A stretch of 64,000 bases of DNA. Source: an uncultured Acidobacteriota bacterium (GTDB lineage: Bacteria > Actinomycetota > Acidimicrobiia > Spongiisociales > ZC4RG35). Position 1 is the first letter of the stretch; each line of letters begins with the position of its first letter. The stretch covers positions 256,001 to 320,000 of the forward strand of contig CAWHEU010000018.1 in assembly GCA_963828465.1 (NCBI GenBank). The letters are read 5' to 3'. A program made the translations under genes and the position numbers. Below are positions 39,654 to 49,599 of this stretch, piece by piece. Under the pieces are notes generated by a model, which was given only the letters and a program-made list of their open reading frames with translations, was not told where the DNA came from and did no database searches.

Positions 39654-39682
39654 TTGACTTCGCACCCACCCGTGCATAACGT
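39654..39682 (+). promoter_or_regulatory. Housekeeping-sigma promoter of leader peptide/sulfurtransferase
   Basis: TTGACT-N17-TAACGT, 6 nt before GTG 39689. Confidence 0.75.
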
Positions 39683-39688
39683 TCTGAG

Positions 39689-39772
39689 GTGTCTGATATG
39701 ACGATGTGCATGTGTCTCTGTGACAGCTCTCGGGTGGCATGCCCGAGCGCGACACATCGTCAGCGCTCCTAA
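39689..39772 (+). CDS. Leaderless Met/Cys-rich leader peptide (27 aa)
   Basis: GTG TCT GAT ATG ACG ATG TGC ATG TGT CTC TGT...TAA = MSDMTMCMCLCDSSRVACPSATHRQRS. Confidence 0.7.
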   Translation: MSDMTMCMCLCDSSRVACPSATHRQRS

Positions 39773-39813
39773 CGACGCCACCACCCGAGAGCAAACCCCT
39801 CACGGCGTCGTTT
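39699..39813 (+). promoter_or_regulatory. Attenuator with alternative pairings
   Basis: TGACGATGTG (39699-708)/CACATCGTCA (39753-762); GCTCTCGGGTGG (39726-737)/CCACCCGAGAGC (39781-792); AACGACGCC (39771-779)/GGCGTCGTT (39804-812). Confidence 0.65.
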
Positions 39814-39847
39814 CCATACACCGCACCCATCAGGAGCCAAAGAGCAC

Positions 39848-40684
39848 ATGACTTACGCAAATCCCGACGCCCTCGTCACCACCGATTGGCTCAAAGCCAA
39901 TCTCAGTGACCCGAACATCCGGGTCATAGAGGTGGACGAGGACGCAACCGTCTACGACAAAGACCACATCCCGGGCGCCATCGCCTGGAGCTGGTCCGAC
40001 GACCTCCACCACCCAACACGGCGTGACTACCTGGACCAGGAGGGTTTCAGCAAGCTGTTGTCCGCGGCCGGGGTCGGTCCCGACACAACGGTGATCCTCT
40101 ACGGCGGCAACAACAACTGGTTTGCCGCGTATGCCTACTGGCTGCTCAAGTACCGCGGCTTCGAAAACGTGAAGCTGCTCGACGGGGGTCGCAAGAAGTG
40201 GCAGATCGACTCCTTGCCCCTCGAGTCGGAGTCCCCTGAGATCTCACCCACCGAGTTCTCGATCACCGGGCCGGAGCGACCCGAGGTCCGTTCGTTCCGG
40301 GATCACGTGCTCGAGGTGCAGGGGCAAGCCACACTGGTCGATGTCCGCTCTCCTGAGGAGTTCAGCGGGGAGAAGATCGCTCCGGACCACCTCCCACAGG
40401 AACAGCCATACGTGGCGGGTCACGTGCCAGGGGCGAAGAACATCCCCTGGGGCAAGGCGGCCAATGAGGACGGCACTTTCAGGTCGGCGGACGAGCTGAA
40501 AGAGCTCTATGAGGGCGCCGGAGTCACCGGCGGCGAGATCATCGCCTATTGCCGCATCGGCGAGCGGTCCTCACACACCTGGTTCGTCCTGACCGAGCTC
40601 CTCGGCCACGAGGACGTCAAGAACTACGACGGCTCGTGGACGGAGTACGGGTCGTTGGTCAATGTCCCGGTCGAGCGGGGCTGA
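39848..40684 (+). CDS. Thiosulfate sulfurtransferase (tandem rhodanese, actinobacterial CysA/SseA type)
   Basis: EVDED, HIPGA, YGGNNNWFAAYAYW, active site YCRIGERS, NYDGSWTEYG. Confidence 0.95.
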   Translation: MTYANPDALVTTDWLKANLSDPNIRVIEVDEDATVYDKDHIPGAIAWSWSDDLHHPTRRDYLDQEGFSKLLSAAGVGPDTTVILYGGNNNWFAAYAYWLLKYRGFENVKLLDGGRKKWQIDSLPLESESPEISPTEFSITGPERPEVRSFRDHVLEVQGQATLVDVRSPEEFSGEKIAPDHLPQEQPYVAGHVPGAKNIPWGKAANEDGTFRSADELKELYEGAGVTGGEIIAYCRIGERSSHTWFVLTELLGHEDVKNYDGSWTEYGSLVNVPVERG

Positions 40685-40689
40685 CTCGA

Positions 40690-41682
40690 TCAGGTGAGTG
40701 GGAACGGCGACTGAAGCCACCACGGCACCGGTGAGGGCTCGATCCGGGTCACCCATTTCACCCACCAGAACCCACGTCTCGCCGGGGCCACGATCCGGGC
40801 CGGGAAACCGTGCCCCGGGCTCAGCGGCTTGCCGCCGAGACGCGTCACCAACCATGTGCTCTCCAGGTCGGCGATCGGGAACCTTCGGGCATATCCGGTC
40901 GCCGACCAGGCGACGAAGCTGCGGTTGCCTGCAGGGTCGATCAATCGATCGAGTCTGACCCCGGTCCATTCCTGCTCCGAGTACCACCCACCCGTGCAGT
41001 CGAGGATGGAGGGGAACGTGTCCTGTGGCATCGCCTCCAGATCCGCAAGTGTCAGGTTCCGTCCCGCCACAACGGCCGTCCACTCATCGGCGTCGATCGT
41101 CGGCACGCTGTCATCGAGCCAGGAGGTGGTGGGCAGACCGGCAGGGTCATGTGACCCTCTCTCGTGCATGCCGGTGAACCGACGCTCCCTCCCCGGTGCC
41201 TCCAGCGCCTGAAGGGTCCCCTCCCAGGCAAGCCAGATTCCTGCCGCGGCCGCCGACAGCGCCGAGGTTCGCAGGAATGCTCGGCGGTCGACATCGAAAT
41301 GTCGTGGTGTCACCGGATGACGCCGGAAATGATCGATGGCGAGACCGAGTGCGAGGACGGCGCCTCCGACATGTATCTGCATGACCGTCAGCGGCCCGAT
41401 GCGTGAGATCTCCCCGTGGGCATGCAGCAAACCCGAGGCGAGTGTGATCAAGACAACTGTGAGAAGGATCAAGGAGAAGACCCGCCCCGGCCGCTTCTTC
41501 TTGAGCCCTCGCCGAACGATCGAGGTCTTCCACGGCGACAGGAGCAAGATGGCCAGGGCGACCGCACCGTGAATGACGGCGGTATCGAGTGGCCAGTCCA
41601 CCCCGATCGCCTGACTGGCCAGACCCGAGACGACTGCAGTGACCAACAGCACCGCCAGCGCCAGATTCGTCCTGCGACCCAC
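40690..41682 (-). CDS. Membrane-bound molybdopterin-dependent oxidoreductase (sulfite oxidase/MsrP-like family)
   Basis: N-terminal TM helices with His residues; LDCTGGW (Mo-ligating Cys), WTGVRL, LSPGHGFPARIVAP.RRGFWWVKW; GTG 41682 after GGAGG. Confidence 0.85.
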   Translation of the reverse strand: MGRRTNLALAVLLVTAVVSGLASQAIGVDWPLDTAVIHGAVALAILLLSPWKTSIVRRGLKKKRPGRVFSLILLTVVLITLASGLLHAHGEISRIGPLTVMQIHVGGAVLALGLAIDHFRRHPVTPRHFDVDRRAFLRTSALSAAAAGIWLAWEGTLQALEAPGRERRFTGMHERGSHDPAGLPTTSWLDDSVPTIDADEWTAVVAGRNLTLADLEAMPQDTFPSILDCTGGWYSEQEWTGVRLDRLIDPAGNRSFVAWSATGYARRFPIADLESTWLVTRLGGKPLSPGHGFPARIVAPARRGFWWVKWVTRIEPSPVPWWLQSPFPLT

Positions 41683-41704
41683 GACCCTCCTCAGTTGTGA
41701 GACG

Positions 41705-41722
41705 GTATAACACCCGTTATAC
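41705..41722. promoter_or_regulatory. Probable TetR operator
   Basis: Perfect dyad GTATAAC-accc-GTTATAC in the 55-nt gap between the divergent genes. Confidence 0.65.
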
Positions 41723-41737
41723 TCCGCGTTATTGGAA

Positions 41738-42373
41738 ATGGCAACCCCCACACGTGAGCGCGACACCGTCCGGACCGAGCTGATCGAAGCCGCGATTCGG
41801 CTCCTCGCCGACCAGGGCACCGAAGCGCTCGTACTTCGCCGGGTCGCCTCGGCAGCACACGTGTCCACGATGTGCGTCTATTCACGTTTCGGGGACAAGG
41901 TGGGGCTGATCAACGCGGTCTACACCGCCGGGTTCGAGCGCCTTGCCCTCGCCTTGACGACGGTCGAGCACCGCCATGACCCGCTGCGCCGGATCATGGA
42001 GCTGGGACTCGCTTATCGCCGGTTCGCAGTAGCAAACCCCGCCCTCTATTCGCTGATGTTCGAACGCGTGGTCGGTTTCGATCCCCCGCCACAACTTCGA
42101 TCCGAGGTCCTGGAGTCGACCTTCTCCATGGTGATCGATGCCGTGCGACAGGCCAGGGAGGAGGGGACGATCGAGGCTGAGAGCCCTCTGGTCGCCACAT
42201 ACACACTTTGGGCGGCAGCGCACGGCGCTGTGAGCCTCGAGCTCACCCACGCAACGCAGCGCCCACTCTCCGGCTGGCTGTTCGAGTCCCGTGACACGGG
42301 AGAGGACATCTTCCGTCAGGCGATCCTGACCACCCTCCGCGGCTTGGCTCCGAGCGGTCCTGCCGCTGCCTGA
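41738..42373 (+). CDS. TetR/AcrR family transcriptional regulator (WHG-like C-terminus)
   Basis: LIEAAIRLLADQG...LRRVASAAHVSTMCVYSRFGDK; AYRRFA..NPALYSLMF; LWAAAHG. Confidence 0.92.
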   Translation: MATPTRERDTVRTELIEAAIRLLADQGTEALVLRRVASAAHVSTMCVYSRFGDKVGLINAVYTAGFERLALALTTVEHRHDPLRRIMELGLAYRRFAVANPALYSLMFERVVGFDPPPQLRSEVLESTFSMVIDAVRQAREEGTIEAESPLVATYTLWAAAHGAVSLELTHATQRPLSGWLFESRDTGEDIFRQAILTTLRGLAPSGPAAA

Positions 42374-42396
42374 GCTGTTCCGGATAACGTCCGACC

Positions 42397-43701
<1,305 letters not shown>

Positions 43702-43805
43702 TTGGGACGAGCTGGTGTCACATGCGGCACTCTCGCTCCCAATTAGCCCAGCGGTGACTGCTCATTACCATCGCCCGGCACCCGACCACCGAGGAGTGAC
43801 CGGAG

Positions 43806-43831
43806 ATGAAGGTCCGCAAATGAAGGTCCGC
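43806..43831 (+). repeat. Direct repeat upstream of etfB
   Basis: ATGAAGGTCCGC at 43806-43817 and 43820-43831. Confidence 0.7.
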
Positions 43832-43833
43832 GA

Positions 43834-44592
43834 GTGAATGTCATTGTCTGTGTCAAGCAGATCCCCGACCCCGCCACCCCATATCGTCTCGAAGAGGGCA
43901 GCAACTGGTTGATCCGCCCTGAGGAGCAGATCCTCGACGACACCGACCGCTACGGGGTGGAGATGGGGCTGCAGATCGCCCAGGCGACCGAGGGGACCGT
44001 CACGGTCGTGAGCATGGGCCCGTCCGGCACCGGGCAAGGGATCCGGCAGGCGCTGGCGATGGGAGCGGACGACGCGATCCTGATCGAGGACGGCTCCCTG
44101 AGAGGGTCGGATGCCCTGACCACGGCACGGGTGCTGGCGGCGGCGATCGGCCGGAACGACTTCGACCTGGTGATCGCGGGGACCGAGTCGACGGATGGTT
44201 ACTCCGGTGTCGTGCCCCAGATGCTGGCCGAGATCCTTGGAGTGCCGGCCCTCACCTACGCCACCCAGGTGGATGCCGGCGACGGCTCCGTCACGATTCA
44301 TCGACAGACAGCGGCCGGATACGACGTCGTCACAGCGGATCTCCCCGCTGTGGTGTCGGTGACGGCAGGCGTGGTCGAGCCCCGCTACCCAACCTTCAAG
44401 GGGATCATGGACGCCAAGAAGAAGCCGATCGAGACGCTCTCGATGGGTGATCTCGGGGCGAAGCGTGCCCCGGAGCAGCTCGTGCTCTCCATCGTCGACG
44501 CCCCAGAGCGGACCGGTGGGCGAAAGATCGAGGACGACGGCGAGGCGCATCAGGCGATCATCTCCCTTCTCACCGAGAGGAAGGTGATCTGA
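43834..44592 (+). CDS. etfB: Electron transfer flavoprotein beta subunit
   Basis: VCVKQIPD, ALAMGAD, GTESTDG, EPRYPTFKGIMDAKKK. Confidence 0.95.
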   Translation: MNVIVCVKQIPDPATPYRLEEGSNWLIRPEEQILDDTDRYGVEMGLQIAQATEGTVTVVSMGPSGTGQGIRQALAMGADDAILIEDGSLRGSDALTTARVLAAAIGRNDFDLVIAGTESTDGYSGVVPQMLAEILGVPALTYATQVDAGDGSVTIHRQTAAGYDVVTADLPAVVSVTAGVVEPRYPTFKGIMDAKKKPIETLSMGDLGAKRAPEQLVLSIVDAPERTGGRKIEDDGEAHQAIISLLTERKVI

Positions 44593-45561
44593 GTGGCCGC
44601 GGTGTGGGTCTTCGTCGAGCAGGAAGGCGAGGCGCCATCCCAGCTGGGTCTAGAGCTGCTGGCGAAAGGTCGGGAGCTCGGTGACGCCACCGCGATCTTT
44701 CTCGGCCCCGGCTCGGACGCAATCTTCTCGACCCTCGGTGAGCACGGAGCGAAGACCGTCCTGCACCTTGACAGCGGCGATCGATTGCCCTCGGCTCCTG
44801 TCGCAGCAGCCTTGGCGGAACGAGTGGAGGCCGACTCCCCGGACCTGATCCTCCTTGGCCAGGCCTACAACGACCGGGATATCGCCGGTCGTCTCGCCGC
44901 CAAACTCGGGGTGGGCATCCTCTCCAATGCCAGCGACATCCGGCTGAACGGTGGCGGGGTCGAGACCGACCACGAGATCCTCGGCGGAAGCCAGGTCGCA
45001 ACGGCCAGCGCGTCCCAGGGCCCGTACATCGTCCTGGCGCGGCCCAAGTCGTTTGTCGCAGCAGCAATAGGCGGCGGAGCCGCGACGGTCGGAGGCGGAT
45101 CCCCGCAGGTCGAAAGGCTCGAGCTGCCCGAGGCAACCGCGGCGGACGCCAGAGTCGTCGAGTCCCACGTCGAGGAGAGGGAGGGCCCCCAACTCGGAGA
45201 GGCATCGATCATCGTCTCCGGAGGACGGGGCCTCGGATCGCCGGAGGCCTATGAGCTGGTGGAGAAGCTGGGCAAGCAGCTCAAGGCAGCGACCGGGGCT
45301 ACCCGCGCCATCGTCGACGCCGGGTGGGTCCCTTATGCCAAACAAGTGGGCCAGACGGGGAAGACCGTCAAACCCGACGTATACATCGCCTGCGGAATCT
45401 CAGGCGCGATGCAGCATCTGGTGGGGATGAAGGACTCGAAGACCATCATCGCCATAAACAAGGATGCCGACGCCCCGATCTTCTCAATCGCCGACCTCGG
45501 TGTCGTCGGCGATGTGCACAAGGTCCTTCCCAAGCTCATCGAGGCGCTGGATAGCCGCTAA
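44593..45561 (+). CDS. etfA: Electron transfer flavoprotein alpha subunit
   Basis: [39 protein letters not shown]. Confidence 0.95.
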   Translation: MAAVWVFVEQEGEAPSQLGLELLAKGRELGDATAIFLGPGSDAIFSTLGEHGAKTVLHLDSGDRLPSAPVAAALAERVEADSPDLILLGQAYNDRDIAGRLAAKLGVGILSNASDIRLNGGGVETDHEILGGSQVATASASQGPYIVLARPKSFVAAAIGGGAATVGGGSPQVERLELPEATAADARVVESHVEEREGPQLGEASIIVSGGRGLGSPEAYELVEKLGKQLKAATGATRAIVDAGWVPYAKQVGQTGKTVKPDVYIACGISGAMQHLVGMKDSKTIIAINKDADAPIFSIADLGVVGDVHKVLPKLIEALDSR

Positions 45562-45616
45562 ACATCCCGGAGATCACTACTGGCTAGCCGCTCCAGCGGG
45601 ATGAAAGGAGGCTGGC

Positions 45617-46036
45617 GTGGACTTCAAGCTCGAGCTGATACTGCTCCCGGTCACTGACGTGGACCGCTCCAAGCATTTCTATCAGGAGAACATGGGGTTC
45701 GTCCTGGACGTCGATCACCAGCCAAACGAGGAGTTTCGCGTGGTGCAATTCACCCCACCGGGCTCAGCGTGCTCGATCACCTTCGGAAAGGGCATAGTCG
45801 ACACGACTCCCGGTTCGGTGCGTGGGCTGCATCTGGTCGTCACGGACATCGAAGCCGCGCGGGACGAGCTGATCGTCCGTGGGGTCGAGGTCGGCGAGAT
45901 TCGTCACATGGGCCCTAACGGCTGGGAGCAAGGACGCGATCCCAACCGCTCCCGGTACAACTCGTTCGCCGATATCGCAGATCCTGATGGCAACACGTGG
46001 CTGCTCCAGGAGGTGCCGGAAGTGTCTGAGGACTAG
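45617..46036 (+). CDS. VOC/glyoxalase family protein
   Basis: PVTDVDRSKHFY, VQFTPPGSACSI, DPDGNTWLLQE. Confidence 0.9.
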   Translation: MDFKLELILLPVTDVDRSKHFYQENMGFVLDVDHQPNEEFRVVQFTPPGSACSITFGKGIVDTTPGSVRGLHLVVTDIEAARDELIVRGVEVGEIRHMGPNGWEQGRDPNRSRYNSFADIADPDGNTWLLQEVPEVSED

Positions 46037-46093
46037 CACCGCCCCACACGACCCGGTGGTTTGATCGAGCCCCTCGGCGGGTAGCACCAGGGG

Positions 46094-46717
46094 ATGCAAA
46101 GAGACACGGTCCGAATCGAGAAGCTCCCGCCAGATGGGATAGACCAGGCGGCCGATCTCCTCGCCCGGAGCTTCGAGAGCACGCCCGACTACACCCACAT
46201 GTTCCCCGATCCCCACACACGCAGAGACGCTCTGCGCGGGTTCATGCGGGCACCGGTTCGAGACAGCCAGGCGGAGGGCAACTGCTGGGTGGCGAGCGAT
46301 GGGACCATGATGCTTGGTGTCGCCGCATGGCAGGGGCCCGGGCGTTACCCATGGTCGCTGGGTCGCAACCTTCGAGCCCTGCCCGCAATCATGTCCGTGC
46401 TGCGTCATGCCCCGGGGTCGTTCCGTGATCTCCTGAAGTTCGGCTCGACCATCGATTCCCATTTTCCGGACACGCCGCTCTGGTATCTCCAGGTGATCGG
46501 AGTCAGCCCGGAGGCGCAGGGTCTCGGCGTGGGGTCAGCCATCCTCGAGCCGGCGTTCGACCTCGCCGACCGGGATCGGGTTCCGTGCTACCTGGAGACG
46601 TCAAACGAGAAGGCGGTCCCCTTCTACCTGCGGGCCGGCTTCCGTATCGATCGGCAAGCTGTCGAATTGATGCCCGGCGGGCCTACCTACTGGTTGATGA
46701 CCCGGCCACCCCGATAG
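46094..46717 (+). CDS. GNAT family N-acetyltransferase
   Basis: WYLQVIGVSPEAQGLGVGS, CYLETS, FYLRAGF. Confidence 0.9.
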   Translation: MQRDTVRIEKLPPDGIDQAADLLARSFESTPDYTHMFPDPHTRRDALRGFMRAPVRDSQAEGNCWVASDGTMMLGVAAWQGPGRYPWSLGRNLRALPAIMSVLRHAPGSFRDLLKFGSTIDSHFPDTPLWYLQVIGVSPEAQGLGVGSAILEPAFDLADRDRVPCYLETSNEKAVPFYLRAGFRIDRQAVELMPGGPTYWLMTRPPR

Positions 46718-46754
46718 TATTCGCTGGGCATCCCCTCAACCGGCAAGGAGTGCC

Positions 46755-47777
46755 ATCACGACGCAACCCGTCATCGAACTGGTCGAATTGGGCTTCCCCT
46801 GGCCCGGTCTCGATCCGTTCATCTTCACCGTCCACCACTTCGACGCCTACCCGGAAGGGAACGACGACCTCGGCCCGGCCGCCTCATTGGGCGGACGTGA
46901 CATCGGAGTCGACTTCTCCTATCTGGACGGGTGGAGCATGTACCACGGCGACGTGGTGCCGGGCTTTCCCCAGCACCCACATCGGGGCTTCGAGACGGTG
47001 ACTGTCGTCCGCCGTGGCTATGTCGATCACTCCGATTCTCTCGGCGCCACCGCCCGGTACGGCCAGGGTGACGTGCAATGGCTCACCACCGGCAGCGGGA
47101 TCATGCATGCCGAGATGTTCCCCCTTCTCGACCCGGCCGGGCCCAATCCCATGGAGTTGTTCCAGATCTGGCTGAACCTCCCGCCCGAATCGAAAATGGT
47201 CCCGGCATATTTCGGGATGCTCTGGGGCGAGGACATCCCGAGGATCGCCCCCTCCCCCGGTGTCCAGGTAGAGGTCATGGCCGGCGCCATCGAGTCCAAT
47301 CGACCGCCCTCTCCCCCGCCCGACTCCTGGGGATCGAGGGCCGACTCACATCTCGCCATCTGGCACATCACGCTCGAACCGGGCGCTCGCTGGCAAATGC
47401 CACTCGCGCCGACCGGGGTGAATCGAATGCTGCACTGTGTGCAGGGCAACGACGTGCGGATCGGCTCCACACGCTTCGGCGACAAGATCGGGGCCAGGCT
47501 TCAACCCGACATCGGGACAACCATCGAGAACCACGGCGACCCGGCCGCCTTTCTCGTTCTTCAGGGACAACCGATCGGCGCCCCCGTTTTCCAGCTGGGC
47601 CCGTTCGTGATGAACTCGGCCGAGGAACTACGGCAAGCGGTCGACGATTACCACCGCACCCAGTTCGGCGGCTGGCCCTGGTCACGCCGGGATCCTGTGC
47701 ATCCCCGAAACGAGGGGCGGTTCGCCATCCACGCCGATGGCAGGGTGGAGCATCGGGACATGATCCCGACCGGTTGA
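46755..47777 (+). CDS. Pirin family protein (start at ATC 46755 or TTG 46788)
   Basis: DPFIFTVHH, GFPQHPHRGFETVT, DHSDS, HAEMFP, FQIWLNLP, GPFVMN. Confidence 0.93.
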   Translation: MTTQPVIELVELGFPWPGLDPFIFTVHHFDAYPEGNDDLGPAASLGGRDIGVDFSYLDGWSMYHGDVVPGFPQHPHRGFETVTVVRRGYVDHSDSLGATARYGQGDVQWLTTGSGIMHAEMFPLLDPAGPNPMELFQIWLNLPPESKMVPAYFGMLWGEDIPRIAPSPGVQVEVMAGAIESNRPPSPPPDSWGSRADSHLAIWHITLEPGARWQMPLAPTGVNRMLHCVQGNDVRIGSTRFGDKIGARLQPDIGTTIENHGDPAAFLVLQGQPIGAPVFQLGPFVMNSAEELRQAVDDYHRTQFGGWPWSRRDPVHPRNEGRFAIHADGRVEHRDMIPTG

Positions 47778-48196
47778 TGGCGGGCTACAGCGGCACACCG
47801 CTAATTCAAAAGCTGGGCATCAAGGAGGGAGTGACGGTGGGCATCCTCAACATGCCCAACTACTACGACCTCGACCTTGGCGACCTGCCCCCCGAGGTCC
47901 AGATTCACCGAGGTGAGTTCCCCGCCGACCTCTACATCGTCTTCGCCGAACGCTCGGATGAGGCCGAACGCGGGTTCCAGGTGGCGATCACGTCGTTACC
48001 GCCGGATGGGGCGATCTGGGTGTTCTGGCCCAAGAAGAGCTCCGGCGTGGATACCGACCTGACCGAGCAAACGCTGCGAGACCTATTCCTCCCGACGGGA
48101 ATGGTGGACAACAAGGTGGTGGCAGTCGACGAGACCTGGTCCGGCCTCCGGTTCGTCGTCCGCAAGGAGAATCGCGAGAACTGGCCGGCGGCCTGA
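47777..48196 (+). CDS. DUF3052 family protein
   Basis: MAGYSGTPLIQKLGIK...WVFWPKKSSGV.TDL...VDNKV.AVDETWSGLRFV. Confidence 0.88.
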   Translation: MAGYSGTPLIQKLGIKEGVTVGILNMPNYYDLDLGDLPPEVQIHRGEFPADLYIVFAERSDEAERGFQVAITSLPPDGAIWVFWPKKSSGVDTDLTEQTLRDLFLPTGMVDNKVVAVDETWSGLRFVVRKENRENWPAA

Positions 48197-48198
48197 CG

Positions 48199-48588
48199 TC
48201 AGAGGGTGAACCGAAAGGGAAGAAGCTCGTCGAGAGTGTGCTCGCGGATCTCGGACCCCTCACCGGCAGCCACGATGACCTTCTCCACGCCGAACTCGGC
48301 CATGATCTGCCGGCAACGCCCGCAGGGATAGGCCCCCAGGACATCGGTGGCGTCGATACAGGTGACCGCCAGAGTGTCGATCTTGCGCACGCCGGCGGCG
48401 ACCGCGGTATGGATGGCGGTGGCCTCGGCGCAATTGGACGTCGGGTAGGCGGCGTTTTCGATGTTGGCCCCGGTGAAGGTCTGCCCATCTGCAGCCACGA
48501 CTACCGCTCCGACGCGAAAATGTGAGTAAGGCGAGTACGCGTTCTCGGCCGCAGCACGGGCGGCAGCCACCAGTTCTTCTCGATTCAC
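48199..48588 (-). CDS. cdd: Cytidine deaminase
   Basis: AYSPYSHFRVGA, GANIENAAY..CAE, PCGRCRQ. Confidence 0.96.
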   Translation of the reverse strand: MNREELVAAARAAAENAYSPYSHFRVGAVVVAADGQTFTGANIENAAYPTSNCAEATAIHTAVAAGVRKIDTLAVTCIDATDVLGAYPCGRCRQIMAEFGVEKVIVAAGEGSEIREHTLDELLPFRFTL

Positions 48589-49583
48589 GACTGCTCCAGG
48601 AGATCGGCGACGAAAGAGTCCGGGTCGAAAGGCACGAGATCGTCGATCCCCTCACCCAGCCCGACGAACTTAATCGGGACACCGAGTTGTCGCTCGATTG
48701 CGATGACGATTCCACCTTTGGCGGTCCCGTCGAGCTTGGTGAGCACGATGCCGCTGAGAGGGACCGCGGCGGAGAACTCCCGCACCTGGGTCACGCCGTT
48801 CTGCCCGCCGGTTGCGTCGAGGACCAACAGCACCTCATCGACCCTTCCACTGTCGCCAGAGGCGACTCGATGGATTTTCCCCAACTCGGCCATCAGGTTC
48901 TTCTTGGCGTGAAGCCGGCCCGCCGTGTCGACGATCACCACGTCGTCTCCCCGGGCTCGGGCCGACCCGATGGCATCGAACGCGACCGACGCGGGATCTC
49001 CACCCTCCTGCCCCGAGACCACCTTCACCCCGAGCCGATTCCCCCACGTCTCGAGCTGGGCACTCGCTGCGGCCCGGAACGTGTCTCCGGCAGCGAGGAC
49101 GACTCCGCTGCCGTTGTTCTGGAGGCGGGCGGCCAGCTTGGCGATAGTGGTCGTCTTTCCGGTCCCGTTGACACCCACGACGAGGATCACGGCCGGATTG
49201 CCGTCGAGATGCAACCCGCGGTCCTTGTCGCCCAGCTCCGCCCTCAATTGGGTAGCGAGCGCCTCACGTGCCTGTTCGGGCGTCTCGGGAGCGGCAGACC
49301 GGACCCCGGCGACCACAGAGGTCGTCGCCTCGAGACCGACGTCGGCCCCGAGCAGCGCCTCCTCGAGTTCATCCCATGTGTGGTCGTCGAGACCGGTGCC
49401 CCATGCCCGACGCAGAGATGCACCCAGGGCGGTAGCGCTTCGCCCGATCCGGGAGGGCCGTCTCGTCTCGACTGACGTGGACCCACCATCGACGCTGCGC
49501 CGGCGACGGATCACGATCAGAACCGTGATCACAACGATGACCGCGACGATGACGAGGATCAGGGCCCATTCGCTCGTTCCCAT
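48585..49583 (-). CDS. ftsY: SRP receptor FtsY with N-terminal TM helix
   Basis: GVNGTGKTTT, DTFRAAA, DTAGRLH, TKLDGTAKGG. Confidence 0.97.
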   Translation of the reverse strand: MGTSEWALILVIVAVIVVITVLIVIRRRRSVDGGSTSVETRRPSRIGRSATALGASLRRAWGTGLDDHTWDELEEALLGADVGLEATTSVVAGVRSAAPETPEQAREALATQLRAELGDKDRGLHLDGNPAVILVVGVNGTGKTTTIAKLAARLQNNGSGVVLAAGDTFRAAASAQLETWGNRLGVKVVSGQEGGDPASVAFDAIGSARARGDDVVIVDTAGRLHAKKNLMAELGKIHRVASGDSGRVDEVLLVLDATGGQNGVTQVREFSAAVPLSGIVLTKLDGTAKGGIVIAIERQLGVPIKFVGLGEGIDDLVPFDPDSFVADLLEQS

Positions 49584-49599
49584 AGCTATGCCAAGCTAA

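Noticed and set aside
43806-43831. 12-bp direct repeat before etfB as a regulatory site
   Set aside because: Only two copies with a 14-nt period overlapping the ribosome-binding region; a local duplication is equally likely, so it is listed as a repeat only
49500-49583. N-terminal TM anchor on FtsY
   Set aside because: Already known for actinobacterial FtsY proteins
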